The notes under the pieces are model-generated. The model did not search any database. It saw nothing but the letters and a program-made list of their open reading frames with translations, and had not been told where the DNA came from. From a virus (taxonomy: Duplodnaviria > Caudoviricetes), in the IMG/VR virus record IMGVR_UViG_3300024518_001869, positions 1 through 34,304 of that record: DNA of 34,304 bases; one strand, written 5' to 3'. A program made the position numbers and the translations under genes. The number at the start of each line of letters is the position of its first letter. Positions within the stretch are counted from its first letter, which is position 1. Shown here piece after piece: positions 9,117-18,955 of this stretch.

Positions 9117-10561
9117 TACTGAATCGGGACCAGTTTCCCGCCTCCCGGATTGGCGGGATCGGCAACGCGAGTGTAACGATTCCCGTGCTCATCCTCGATA
9201 ATCACGCCGAACGGCATGCTTTCAAGGTCGCCGAAGTCCTCTTGCGGTTCCGCGCGTGTCGTGACGGGCGTCTGTGGCGTGCCAAAGTCAGTCCCGAAGA
9301 ACACGTCCCCCGACCTCAGTTGCCCCGCCGTCCTCGATTGCAAGTCTTCGGTCATACTAATGATCTGGTCCATCGTTGCTATGGCGACATCCGGGTTCGA
9401 TGTAAGTTTTTCCAGATTCGACGCCCGCCGAAGAATCTCGATTTTCGGGTTTGTCAGGCGGTCATCATTGTCTAGGACGTAGTTCGCCATCTGGCCCATG
9501 GTTTGGAGAAATTGCGATCGCGCCGTCAGCGCCTTATTCACCGTCTCCGTGTCCAACCCCAGCCCCGCTCCGATAGTGTTCGCGATCGTCTTCGTAATGG
9601 CGGTCTGTTGCGCGGCGGCACCCACCGTCCGGCTTACCCCTGCCCACAGGCCAACTGTCTGGTCATTGATCTGTGCCCGCGACGCTCTCGCCGATTCGAG
9701 CAATCCAACACTCGCGTCGAACCGTGTTTGCAGCTCCCGTCGCATGACCTTGTCAATCTGCCCACCAGACTCCCCGCCCGTGTCGATATTGATGGTCTGG
9801 CCACCGCCAAGTTCCGACTTGATAGCAGCGTCCCTGTCCACCCCCGGAATCTGTGAAAGACCCTCAATCGTCGCGCCAGTCTCCTGTGCGTCGCCGCGGC
9901 CCACGCCCGCGCGATACTCGGCCTGCGAGGGGAGCCCGCTAATAAGCTCCCCAACGAAATTTTGCATTTCCGGCATGGTCTCAACCATGCTGTTGAGCAC
10001 ACCTTCAATCTGTGCGACTTCCATCCCATCGTCGACGAGAAGACGTGTCGCCGTGTCCGTCAGCAACTTCTGTGCATTCCGGAACTCTTCCGGGTTCATG
10101 TTCGCCGCACCGGTTGACGACATTTGAAAAAGGAGTTCCGCACGCCCTTGCGGGTCACTCACACCCACGGCGCCCAGTGAAGCCGCTGTCTCCTGTTTCA
10201 GGCTGTCCACCATGGCGGCAAGGCTTGGCGGGACTTGTTGTCCTGTCCCCGTAAGTTCGCCAATCAATTTTCCAAATTCGGATAGTTGTGTGCTGTTGCT
10301 CGTAGCACGCGCACGCGCAGCCTTTGCCCCATCCTCTGCAACCGCGCGGCGGAACTGACTCTCTTGAACACCAACTGCACGGTCTCTTAGCTCGAAGTCC
10401 CTATTCGCGCGCCGCTTGTCTTCCGCGAAGGTCCGCTGAAATCGTTCTTCTTCACGCCGCGCGGCAAGCGCCTGATGGATCGGCGTGAACAGCGCGCCGA
10501 CAGGATCAAGCTGCCCGCCGAATGCCTGTGCCCGGAAAGGCTGTATGGAGTTAATTGCCAT
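9116..10561 (-). CDS. Internal virion (DNA ejection) protein
   Basis: 481 aa, helical; lies between two ejection-like genes. Confidence 0.55.
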   Translation of the reverse strand: MAINSIQPFRAQAFGGQLDPVGALFTPIHQALAARREEERFQRTFAEDKRRANRDFELRDRAVGVQESQFRRAVAEDGAKAARARATSNSTQLSEFGKLIGELTGTGQQVPPSLAAMVDSLKQETAASLGAVGVSDPQGRAELLFQMSSTGAANMNPEEFRNAQKLLTDTATRLLVDDGMEVAQIEGVLNSMVETMPEMQNFVGELISGLPSQAEYRAGVGRGDAQETGATIEGLSQIPGVDRDAAIKSELGGGQTINIDTGGESGGQIDKVMRRELQTRFDASVGLLESARASRAQINDQTVGLWAGVSRTVGAAAQQTAITKTIANTIGAGLGLDTETVNKALTARSQFLQTMGQMANYVLDNDDRLTNPKIEILRRASNLEKLTSNPDVAIATMDQIISMTEDLQSRTAGQLRSGDVFFGTDFGTPQTPVTTRAEPQEDFGDLESMPFGVIIEDEHGNRYTRVADPANPGGGKLVPIQ

Positions 10562-12077
10562 CGATCTGCTCCTTTAACTCCTGGACTTCCGCCGACAGGG
10601 CCTTGACCGCCGACATGAGGACGCCGGTCAGGTCCAACAGGTCGATCGTCTTCCCATCGCCAAGTCCCGTCGCGTCGTGCCAGTCCTCGGCATAGGTCCC
10701 GACGTGTTCGTTGTCGTCCTTGAAATCGGACTTGTATCTCCAGATTTCGATCGGGAGGGTCTGCACGATCGCCAGCGCCGCGTCGTGATCGACCGGGCGT
10801 CCCGGTAGCTTGTAGTCGCGTGACGATGCCATGAACGAGCTTCCCATGACAGCCGCCGCCGACAGCGCCTTGGACTGGTTCGGGCTACTCGTTGCCGCAG
10901 CGCCACCGCCAGCCGCCGCGAATCCACCGGACGTGCCAGCCTTCGTGATGTTCGAGCCCGCGGGGCTCGATGGGCTACTAACCCCAGGCGACAACGGCCC
11001 CGCGCCCAGTGACAGGACGTTACCCAGGAAACCAAGCTGCTGCGTGCTGGTGAACAGGTCGTTATAGGCCCGCTGCGACGCCGCCTCGGTCTGTAAATTC
11101 GCCTCTGCCATGCCGATCTGTAGCGCCTGTTGCGACGCCGCGTTGATGATGTTCGCCGACACGCCAAGCTCGGACAGTTCCGCCTGAATCTGCGCGATCC
11201 GGCTGTTGACCTCAAGCTGGATGCCCTGCATTTGCTGCGCGTACAGGCCAGCTTCCGCCTGGGTCAAGCCAAGCCGCATGCCCACGAGCTGGGCTTGCTG
11301 CGCGATATTCTGTTGATCCAGCACAAGCAAGTTCCCCGCCGTGCTGATCAGTGCCCGTGTCTCGTCCAGGACCGCGCGCTGCTCCGCGACGGTGCCCAGC
11401 TCGCCAAGCAATATCTGGCCGCGTGTCTGCGCGATCTGCGCCGTCGCCGCCATCTCTTGCTGGAATGCCTGTGCGCGTGCCGCTTCCTCGCGCTGCGAGA
11501 AGTCCATTTCAAGCCTACGCTGCTCGTGTAGAGCAAGGCTGGACCCGGACAGGTTCCTCTGCGCGAAGTTCTCACGAAGGTTCCCGCTCGCCGCGGCGCG
11601 CTCGTTCCGGACCTGATTGACCAGCGCGTCGGTCAAGCGCCCGAAGCCCGGCTTGATGCTGTCGGACACGCCCGCCAGCTCGCCTTCAAGCGCCCCGAAG
11701 CGCGAGCCGATACCGCCCGCCGCGTTGAACAAGCCACCGGCTTGCGGGATTGTCTGTTGAATCTGGCGTTGCAGCAACGCGTTGCTGTCAAACAGGCCCG
11801 ATCCCATTTGCTGGAGACGGACCAGACTTGGGTCGAGCGCCTGAACCCCCGGTACTAAGCCCCCGACCTGCGAGTTAAGCCCGCCGATCTGGCCCGCCGC
11901 CGCTCCCAACTGATTGAAGGCCTGGCTGTTGCGGTCAAGAATGACCTTGGCGCCATCGCGCCGGAAATCGAAACCCCCCGTATCGATATCGAAGAACGTC
12001 TTCTCAATGGATTGCTGCACGGGCGCGGCGGAAACATCCTTCGTGTTCCCCGTGAAAATATCGACAATGCCGCCCAT
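10551..12077 (-). CDS. Internal virion/pilot-like protein with C-terminal peptidase S74 (intramolecular chaperone) domain
   Basis: Gln/Ala/Gly-rich coiled coil, then SSRDYK ... LPIEIWRYK ... HVGTYAED ... MSAVKALSAEVQELK, the S74 pattern. Confidence 0.75.
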   Translation of the reverse strand: MGGIVDIFTGNTKDVSAAPVQQSIEKTFFDIDTGGFDFRRDGAKVILDRNSQAFNQLGAAAGQIGGLNSQVGGLVPGVQALDPSLVRLQQMGSGLFDSNALLQRQIQQTIPQAGGLFNAAGGIGSRFGALEGELAGVSDSIKPGFGRLTDALVNQVRNERAAASGNLRENFAQRNLSGSSLALHEQRRLEMDFSQREEAARAQAFQQEMAATAQIAQTRGQILLGELGTVAEQRAVLDETRALISTAGNLLVLDQQNIAQQAQLVGMRLGLTQAEAGLYAQQMQGIQLEVNSRIAQIQAELSELGVSANIINAASQQALQIGMAEANLQTEAASQRAYNDLFTSTQQLGFLGNVLSLGAGPLSPGVSSPSSPAGSNITKAGTSGGFAAAGGGAAATSSPNQSKALSAAAVMGSSFMASSRDYKLPGRPVDHDAALAIVQTLPIEIWRYKSDFKDDNEHVGTYAEDWHDATGLGDGKTIDLLDLTGVLMSAVKALSAEVQELKEQIDGN

Positions 12078-12078
12078 G

Positions 12079-12762
12079 TCACTTACCTACGCTTTGGAAT
12101 AGTGTCCCGTCCTCGCCGTCGGGGTAATACCCCAGAACCTTCCCGATCGGACGCAGTAGCCCATAGTTACATAGGTGCCGGAAGTAGCCCAAGTTTGCCT
12201 CTTGCGTGGCAATCATGACCAAGTGCGTCTTCTTGAGCGACATGACGAACCGCGCGCCGATATCGACACGAAGGCGCGGCGTCGCTTCCGGGAACCATGC
12301 AACGTGCGGGTACGCCTTATTGTTGTCGTAATTCACGATGATCAGGCCCACGGGCAGCTCGTTCGCGGTCGGGATAATCACGCTCCCGCCCGCATCCATG
12401 AACTTGCCCAGCCGGTCAGTCATGACCCAGCGGAACTCTTCCACGTCCATGTCTTCCGGCATACCGTCGTATTTCGAGAACGCGCCCCGCTTGTACGCGG
12501 CCCAGATATATTTCAGATGCTCGTGGCTCGCCGGCTCGAACGTGATCCCGCCGCGGTGAAGCAGGCGCCCGCGCTTGAGCCTGCGTGGCTTGTTACGTGG
12601 GCGAGGTACGGAACTCGATTCCGACTTCTTGGATGTCCCATTCGTTGCCGCTGGTGACGGAGACTTCAACTTGGATGTGGCTGGAATGTCCGGCAGCGCC
12701 CCAGTCTTGCCGGTAGATTCGGGTGCTGAACGTGCTTCCGTAGAGTGTGTCTGCGTCTCCAT
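12079..12762 (-). CDS. Hypothetical protein, possibly a GNAT-like virion assembly factor (P22 gp14/T7 gp13 position)
   Basis: AAGGA SD before ATG 12762; disordered N-terminus overlapping the nozzle gene by 170 nt, then an alpha/beta domain; lies between nozzle and ejection genes. Confidence 0.55.
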   Translation of the reverse strand: METQTHSTEARSAPESTGKTGALPDIPATSKLKSPSPAATNGTSKKSESSSVPRPRNKPRRLKRGRLLHRGGITFEPASHEHLKYIWAAYKRGAFSKYDGMPEDMDVEEFRWVMTDRLGKFMDAGGSVIIPTANELPVGLIIVNYDNNKAYPHVAWFPEATPRLRVDIGARFVMSLKKTHLVMIATQEANLGYFRHLCNYGLLRPIGKVLGYYPDGEDGTLFQSVGK

Positions 12763-14185
12763 AGTATTCCTTGTCTCCGTTGTAGACGGACACGGCCGGG
12801 TTTCCCGGCATCTGTAATTCGATTTCCTGGTCGTAGATCGCCACCCCGCCGCCGAGAATCGTCAGCGTCGCTGTCGTGTCGAACAGTTTCCGGTAGTGAA
12901 TCCAACCGGTGATATCGAAAATGTTCCCCTCGGGAATGGTGATCAGGCCCGATCGCCGCGTCGCGGTAATCTCGTCCTGTCCCCCGTCGAGCCCGCCTGC
13001 CCCGTCGAAGACGAAGATGTTCCCCGTGCTGTCCCCGAAATAGACCACGTCATTCGACGATACCGGATCGACCAGCGCCATGACCGTCGTGGGCGAGAAG
13101 TCCACGTCATGCTCCGTCGTCCACTTCGACCATGGGGACAAGCCCTGCGCCGCCGGGTCGGACAGCATCGGCTTATACATGACGTAGACCGCGTCCTGCG
13201 TGCCTGGGAAGCAATAGACCCGCTGCAAGCGCCGGTCATATTCGATCGTCCAGCTAGACTGATCGTCAATCAGGCTGTTGATCTGGATGCTCAGGTCGTT
13301 CGATTCCACGTCGCCGAAGTTTAGCGTGCCGCTCAGTGTCTCGATCCGCCCCGGCAAGCCCATGACCACGTCGTTGCCGATGTTCTTCATGGCTTCCGCG
13401 CCGACAACGGCGGACCCTACATGAAACTCGTTGATGTCGAAGTCGAAGGCGTTCGCGCCGGCCAGGATGTAGAGGCGGCCGCGCTCGGTCGAAATCAGAA
13501 ATTGCCCGAAAGCGGCTTCCAGGCCGTTGATCGGTCTCAGGTCAGGCACGATGATAAAGAAAGCCGCGCTCAGTCCCAGGCTGGAGGACGGGCGATTGGC
13601 GTTGGATAGCTGCTCGGAATCACCGACCTCTGACCCCAGCACGACATGAGGCGTGTCCGTCGTGGTCTTGATATTGGCGAAGAACGCGCGCTCACGATGG
13701 ACCCGGCAATACTTGGCGAAGAAATTGGACCCAAGGTTGTGCGCGAAGTCCTCGAACGTGGTCCCGTCCCACTTCTTGACGACGGTGTTCTTCTCCAGGT
13801 CCGTGACAATCACGATTTCGTCGAGCGTGAAGTTGTGTTCGCGCGGCCCGCGCAGCTTGGTCCCCGCCGCGACCGTGCCCACGGACGTGAATGTCGTGGT
13901 TCCGTCCCATTCGTAGACTTCCGTCCCGGCCTGGATCAGCGTCGAGACAGTGCCGTCCTGCTTTATGAGCTGGGCATAACCGTTGATTGCTCCCGCGTTG
14001 GGCGCAGTGGCGACCAAGTCGAAGGGCTTCCGGCGCTTAAAAGCATGGTACTGCGCGTCGAGATCGAAATTGAGGCTGGCATCCACACACTCGGAATGGT
14101 GAACGTCCGCGGTTCTTCGTCGTGCATTGAGCCCTCCGCCGAAGGTGAGGACGATAGGACCTTCATTACGCGCCACGGCGGACAC
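12593..14185 (-). CDS. Tail nozzle/DNA-stabilisation protein (P22 gp10 / T7 gp12-like)
   Basis: 530 aa, beta-propeller-like composition, N-terminal FGGGLN, directly after the adaptor gene. Confidence 0.7.
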   Translation of the reverse strand: MSAVARNEGPIVLTFGGGLNARRRTADVHHSECVDASLNFDLDAQYHAFKRRKPFDLVATAPNAGAINGYAQLIKQDGTVSTLIQAGTEVYEWDGTTTFTSVGTVAAGTKLRGPREHNFTLDEIVIVTDLEKNTVVKKWDGTTFEDFAHNLGSNFFAKYCRVHRERAFFANIKTTTDTPHVVLGSEVGDSEQLSNANRPSSSLGLSAAFFIIVPDLRPINGLEAAFGQFLISTERGRLYILAGANAFDFDINEFHVGSAVVGAEAMKNIGNDVVMGLPGRIETLSGTLNFGDVESNDLSIQINSLIDDQSSWTIEYDRRLQRVYCFPGTQDAVYVMYKPMLSDPAAQGLSPWSKWTTEHDVDFSPTTVMALVDPVSSNDVVYFGDSTGNIFVFDGAGGLDGGQDEITATRRSGLITIPEGNIFDITGWIHYRKLFDTTATLTILGGGVAIYDQEIELQMPGNPAVSVYNGDKEYYGDADTLYGSTFSTRIYRQDWGAAGHSSHIQVEVSVTSGNEWDIQEVGIEFRTSPT

Positions 14186-14906
14186 CCCACCGCTTACTTG
14201 CGGTCTGGCGCGTTGCCGTCTGGACCGCGCGGATCAAGCTGGACTGGAACAGCGAGGAATCAAATTCCTTCTTCATGACCCGCGTCCAGCCCTCCGCGCA
14301 GACAGGCACGAACGCGTCCGCGACCGTGTCCGAGAACGGTAGTGTCTGCGTCGCCATCGTAGACGTGAGCTGTAGCCGCTTGTGGTACAGGTACTCGTAA
14401 GAGATACCGTCCTCGTCGCTGGTCGGGTAGCTGTCCAGGACCACGTTGCCGCTGATCGGGGAAATCACGAACGCGTCCGGCTCGCCGGTATAGTCCGTCG
14501 CGATAGGCCTTTCCGCGAACAGCTTGTCGTAACCGCCCTTGTACTCCCGCAGGATGCGCCCGTTGGTCACGCCGCGGATAATCATCGTGCGCTCGTCGTC
14601 GCCCGCCATGCGCTCGAAATCGGACGGGACCGTGTATTCGTTGGTGTCCGTCACAAGGTTCATGGTCGCGGTATTCACGCCGCTGGCCAGCATGCCGAGA
14701 TTGTAGAGGACGTGCGTCGCCTCGTTCCACATCATGATCATCAAGTCGATCTGGACCTGACGCCCGGAATCCACGAACGCCCCCGTCGCGGTCAGGCCCG
14801 TCGCGGTGGACGTGACCGTGGACGTGGCAAGCTCACCCGCGTCACCTTGAATGACACGCACGCGCTTCAGGCTGGCATTGATTGCCGCAAGGAATGTGAT
14901 CGCCAT
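14166..14906 (-). CDS. Head-to-tail adaptor protein
   Basis: 246 aa; TFLAAINASLKR N-terminal helix and EYTVPSDF ... GEPDAF ... YPT pattern; directly precedes the nozzle. Confidence 0.65.
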   Translation of the reverse strand: MAITFLAAINASLKRVRVIQGDAGELATSTVTSTATGLTATGAFVDSGRQVQIDLMIMMWNEATHVLYNLGMLASGVNTATMNLVTDTNEYTVPSDFERMAGDDERTMIIRGVTNGRILREYKGGYDKLFAERPIATDYTGEPDAFVISPISGNVVLDSYPTSDEDGISYEYLYHKRLQLTSTMATQTLPFSDTVADAFVPVCAEGWTRVMKKEFDSSLFQSSLIRAVQTATRQTASKRWGVRRGA

Positions 14907-14922
14907 GCCTTAGTTTCCCACT

Positions 14923-15477
14923 CTATCGCCGCCTGCCCCAACTTTGGGTGCGCTGCGCCCAGTTTCTAAGCGGCCTGCCAAGGGCGCCTATACCCGCCAA
15001 GCCGGTCAACGTGTTGTCGATCGGTGGCCCGTCCGGATCGATGTCGGGTATGCAAATGGCAATCGCCGGGCAAATGATGTGCGACAGAAGCCGCTGCGTC
15101 ACGATATTCGCCACGCCCACCGCGGTTGCCGGGCAGACAATTTGATACAGCGACCCACCCATCTTGATGATCGCGACACAGACCGCGGTCGCCGCCATCG
15201 CGACGTTGCGGAGAAGTGACATATTGGCCACACCGATCGCGGTCGCGGCAAGCGACTGGTTCGTCGTGACCCGCGTGATCGTGACCGCGAGCGATACGAC
15301 CTGTGTCACGCGGACTTCCGGCGCGTATGTCAGCCCAAGTGACGTGAGCTGTGTTGCGCGCACCTCGTCGGCGTGCGTGACCGCGAGAGAGACAAGCTGC
15401 GTCAACCGCCCAAGCGAAAGCTGGATGTCGGCAACGCCGATCGCCGTCGCTGCTAGGGTTTGGTTGAAGGTCGTCAT
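14923..15477 (-). CDS. Repeat-containing virion protein (LAATAIGVA-type repeats)
   Basis: About 5 repeats of the type found in 16514..18106, plus 3 R-x-TQ-[LV]-x-SL repeats; basic C-terminus. Confidence 0.7.
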   Translation of the reverse strand: MTTFNQTLAATAIGVADIQLSLGRLTQLVSLAVTHADEVRATQLTSLGLTYAPEVRVTQVVSLAVTITRVTTNQSLAATAIGVANMSLLRNVAMAATAVCVAIIKMGGSLYQIVCPATAVGVANIVTQRLLSHIICPAIAICIPDIDPDGPPIDNTLTGLAGIGALGRPLRNWAQRTQSWGRRR

Positions 15478-16517
15478 TATGCAAGCTCGGCACCCGCCTC
15501 ATGCGCGTTGTAGCCCGACACGGTCCACTGCGTCATCGTGTCTGGGTCGGTCTCGTAGGTCTCGTAAAGGCCCGTGTAGACGCCCGATGTCATGACCTGT
15601 GCCGAGCCCGTGCCCAGTGTCCCATTCGAGTTGTTCAGGAGCTTCAACTGGCTTGAGCCGCCCGCCGTGCGCTTGACCGCCGCGCCGACCTGCATCCCGA
15701 GAACCGTCTTGCGGGTCGTTGGCAGAGAGCCCATCCCCACGAGGAATTGGTTGCCCACCGTGCCGGTCTCCAGATAGGTCGTGTCGTCGTCGATTACCGG
15801 GTCGTCAATCTCGACATAATCGTCGCCGCCGTTGAGCGGGGTCCATTGCCGGACGCTGCCGTTAGCGTTGGGGAGCGTGGCGTCAACCTGCGCCTCCACG
15901 GTCAGAACCGTGTTGTTGGTCGAGCCATTCGTGTCGAAGACGAAGAAATCATCGATCTTGCACTGCCGCACGTCCCGCACGATCTGGAAGTCATTGAAGA
16001 ACGCGGACCCGCCGTTTTGCGTGTCGGCGCCTGTGAGATTGATAATCTGTGCGCCGTTCAGATACATATTCACGTACCCGGTCGTGTCATTGACCTTGGC
16101 TTCGATCCCGAAGAAATTCCAGTTCTGCAAGGTCAGAACGCTGTTGGCCGATGTTGCCAAGGTCGTGCCGTCGCCGTTCTTGACCACGATCCCATTCAGG
16201 GAATTACGTTCGATGATAATGTGCGTCGTGAAGCCTGACCCCGTGTTATGGCGGCAGTTGAACAGCACCGCGTTGTCCGCCAGGGCGCTGTCAACGTAGA
16301 AGCCAAGGTGCGGGCAAAGTGTATCCTGCTCGGCTGGCGACGTATAACTAAGCAGGCCAGCGGAGCCCAAGTGGCAACACATGACCCCCGTCCGGAACTC
16401 ATCGTCGTCCACGGTGGCGACGCTTGAATTATTGAACCCGTTCGCCGCGTTCCAGGTATCAAGCGCAGTGCCATCCGGAACCACGTAGTCCCACGAGCGT
16501 GCAATCAATAACGTCAT
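15477..16517 (-). CDS. Putative virion protein with LamG/ConA-like beta-sandwich domain
   Basis: 346 aa, Asn/Thr/Gly-rich; WNFFGIEAKV ... YVNMYLNG ... KIDDFFVFD fits a LamG-type pattern. Confidence 0.55.
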   Translation of the reverse strand: MTLLIARSWDYVVPDGTALDTWNAANGFNNSSVATVDDDEFRTGVMCCHLGSAGLLSYTSPAEQDTLCPHLGFYVDSALADNAVLFNCRHNTGSGFTTHIIIERNSLNGIVVKNGDGTTLATSANSVLTLQNWNFFGIEAKVNDTTGYVNMYLNGAQIINLTGADTQNGGSAFFNDFQIVRDVRQCKIDDFFVFDTNGSTNNTVLTVEAQVDATLPNANGSVRQWTPLNGGDDYVEIDDPVIDDDTTYLETGTVGNQFLVGMGSLPTTRKTVLGMQVGAAVKRTAGGSSQLKLLNNSNGTLGTGSAQVMTSGVYTGLYETYETDPDTMTQWTVSGYNAHEAGAELA

Positions 16518-18106
16518 TTTCTACCCCATCCTCTACGTGGTCCGACCCATTTGCGCCTGTGCGAATAACCAAGCCCGCCACCGCCCGTGAACGGCGCGAA
16601 GAATTGCCTGTAAAGCGCCACGATCGACGCGACGCCGACCGCGACAGCCGCCATCGTCACGAGGTTCAAGACCCCCGTGGCCGACGCAATCCCCGGAATA
16701 CACACGGCGGTCACTGACAAGAGTACGAAAAACGTGGCTTTTCTACCAAGTCCGGCGACGCCCGTGGCTGTAGCCGCCAATGTCCGGAACGCCTTCAAGC
16801 GCGTGGATATGCTCGCCACGCCGATCGCAGTGGCCGCTAGGGCTTGTTGGACAACCGCCGTCAGTTTGGTAGCGGTCATGCCCGCAACGCCCGTGGCGGT
16901 CGCTACGAGAGCCCGGAATGCCGTCAGCATCGTGTTGATCGTCGCGCTGCCCGTAGCCGTGGCCGCGAGCGTGCGGAAGAAACTGGACTCAGTCGCAATA
17001 CTAGCCACGCCGACCGCGGTAGCCGCGAGAGCCTGTATCGTGGCACTGATCTTGTCCGCGATTAGCGTCGCACTGCCCACGGCGGTCGCCGCAAGCGTGC
17101 GGAATGCCTTTAAACGCGCGGATAGGCTCGGCGACCCGGTCGCGGTCGCGTCCATGTCCTGTTGCGTGAATGGGCGATTGATCGCGATTGTTGCGGAACC
17201 TGCGGCGGTCGCGCTCAGGTCACGGAACGCGGATAGCGCCGTCGCGATGTCAGGCACGCCGATTGCGGTAGCCGACAGTGCTTGAAGTGTCGCGCCGGAC
17301 ACATCCGGGATGATAATTGTTTGCCGGGGAATGGGCCGATAGATTTCCCATCGCGTCCCAACATCTACAACGCGCCTGATATCCCCCGCTGTCAGACAGT
17401 GGTCATAAACCCGCATGTCAAAAATTTGGCCGTCGAATGGGTTGTTGGCGCCTTCCGACGAACCGATTACCGTGCTATTCGTCTGACTTCCAAAGGCATT
17501 TGCCGCTGAATGACTTTCGAGGATGCCGTCGCGATAGAAGGTGTAATTCCCAACGGTGCCGCGCGCGCCGCCGTTGAAGCTGATTGCGATATGATGGGTT
17601 TGACCTAAATCGCTGTCCTGCCAAGCCCCGTCCGATTGCATTTCCGGCATGTTGCTGGAGCCACGAGAGCCAAAGGCGAATGGTTCGAGCCCCGCGACGG
17701 CCGTTGTAAACATCGCGCGGATCGGCTCGCCGCCGTTATTCGTGGTCTGAAATTTAAACGGCGCTGGGTATGCGTCCGGCGAATAATCATCCAGCCGGTA
17801 CCAGAACGCCACTGTCCAGTCCGACGCCGCGTCCAGAATGAAGCCATTACTCAGATGATCCCCGGAATTGGCGCCAAACTCCCACACGTTGGCACCGAAA
17901 ACGGACGGGGCCATCCTCTGGTCGTCCGTAGACCCGACAATCGTGTTGTGGTGGCCGTACCCGCTAATGTCAAAAAGATGGTTTGAGCCAAACAATGGCC
18001 AACACGCGGTAAGGTGCTCGACATGCCGTTTCGTGCGGTCAAGCGTGACCGGCCCCTTCGGAAGAGAAAGCCAGTCCGGGCGCCTTGGGATAAGGATTTG
18101 GGCCAT
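16514..18106 (-). CDS. Head-fibre-like protein: N-terminal LamG/ConA-like lectin domain plus about 11 ATA(T/V/I)G repeats
   Basis: DISGYGHH, WTVAFWY, HHIAISFNG, FYRDG and FDGQIFDMRVYDHCLT are LamG3-like motifs; the C-terminal half is repetitive. Confidence 0.8.
   Translation of the reverse strand: MAQILIPRRPDWLSLPKGPVTLDRTKRHVEHLTACWPLFGSNHLFDISGYGHHNTIVGSTDDQRMAPSVFGANVWEFGANSGDHLSNGFILDAASDWTVAFWYRLDDYSPDAYPAPFKFQTTNNGGEPIRAMFTTAVAGLEPFAFGSRGSSNMPEMQSDGAWQDSDLGQTHHIAISFNGGARGTVGNYTFYRDGILESHSAANAFGSQTNSTVIGSSEGANNPFDGQIFDMRVYDHCLTAGDIRRVVDVGTRWEIYRPIPRQTIIIPDVSGATLQALSATAIGVPDIATALSAFRDLSATAAGSATIAINRPFTQQDMDATATGSPSLSARLKAFRTLAATAVGSATLIADKISATIQALAATAVGVASIATESSFFRTLAATATGSATINTMLTAFRALVATATGVAGMTATKLTAVVQQALAATAIGVASISTRLKAFRTLAATATGVAGLGRKATFFVLLSVTAVCIPGIASATGVLNLVTMAAVAVGVASIVALYRQFFAPFTGGGGLGYSHRRKWVGPRRGWGRK
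16620..17290 (-). repeat. Degenerate tandem coding repeat, about 20-23 aa per unit, about 11 units
   Basis: LSATAIGVP, LSATAAGSA, MDATATGSP, LAATAVGSA, LAATAVGVA, LAATATGSA, LVATATGVA, LAATAIGVA, LAATATGVA, LSVTAVCIP, MAAVAVGVA. Boundaries are approximate. Confidence 0.85.
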
Positions 18107-18115
18107 AAAAGGCCC

Positions 18116-18586
18116 TTATGCGTGTGGCCCGAGAGCCTTGGGCGTGACGGTCAATGCCCAGCCGGTCGCGAAGTCAACGCCGGTCTGGTTCTCGACATAG
18201 AAATTGTAAACCTGACTGGTGTAGACGTTGGGCAGCGGAATTTCGATCGACTTGACGGTGTCTGTCCCGGTTCCCCAATTCGGATCAATGTGGAAGGTCC
18301 CGAATGGTTTTTCCTGATAGCTCGCGTCAGGGACAGCCTCGTCGTCCGTCCCGTCAACATTCATCAGGCGACCGTATAAGTTCACATACGGCGCGGACCC
18401 AACCGTCCCCGTAGCGTATTGGCAGCGCAGGACGGCGGCGGCGTAATTCGCGTCGTCGTCGTTAGTGAATGCGTCTAGGTCAGTCGTGCCGTTGGAAAAC
18501 GCGCCGTCCGTAACGGCTGCCACGGAATTTGATAAATCCGTCGCCGTCCCGAAAAATTCGATTGCGGCGTTCGTCGTGATCGACAT
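18116..18586 (-). CDS. Putative virion structural protein
   Basis: 156 aa, acidic, Thr-rich beta-type sequence in the structural module. Confidence 0.65.
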   Translation of the reverse strand: MSITTNAAIEFFGTATDLSNSVAAVTDGAFSNGTTDLDAFTNDDDANYAAAVLRCQYATGTVGSAPYVNLYGRLMNVDGTDDEAVPDASYQEKPFGTFHIDPNWGTGTDTVKSIEIPLPNVYTSQVYNFYVENQTGVDFATGWALTVTPKALGPHA

Positions 18587-18589
18587 GGT

Positions 18590-18955
18590 CTAGGTCTGTT
18601 CGAGCGTGATCGTGAATTGAATCTGATCATCCGTGGCCAGCCCGATCCCCGTGAACGTGCCAATAATCGGCATGGACCCGTCCGTCGCCGCGGTATGAAG
18701 ACCCGCCTCGCTGATCGTCTTGGTCGCGGCGCCACAAGTGTGAATACCGATCCACCTATTGGTTTGCGTGGTGGACTGATCTTCCGTGGTGGCCGTCACA
18801 CGAACCTCGGTCGCTTCATTTTCTAGGCCTGTTGACGACTTGCCATCCGTGACCGTGCCTGACCCCCAAGAGATATACCAACCCGTCACGGACGTGGAAT
18901 GGTCGATTAGATCGACAACAAGTTCCTCGCCCTCGGTCGTGTAGGTCGTGCCCAT
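18590..18955 (-). CDS. Putative virion structural protein (tail-collar-fibre-like N-terminal module)
   Basis: YISWGSG ... GLENE ... TISEAGLH ... DDQIQFTI resembles a common phage structural module; AAGGA SD. Confidence 0.6.
   Translation of the reverse strand: MGTTYTTEGEELVVDLIDHSTSVTGWYISWGSGTVTDGKSSTGLENEATEVRVTATTEDQSTTQTNRWIGIHTCGAATKTISEAGLHTAATDGSMPIIGTFTGIGLATDDQIQFTITLEQT

Noticed and set aside
16620-17290. CRISPR array or DGR repeats
   Set aside because: The repeats are degenerate at DNA level and conserved only as protein; there are no identical repeats with spacers and no reverse transcriptase.
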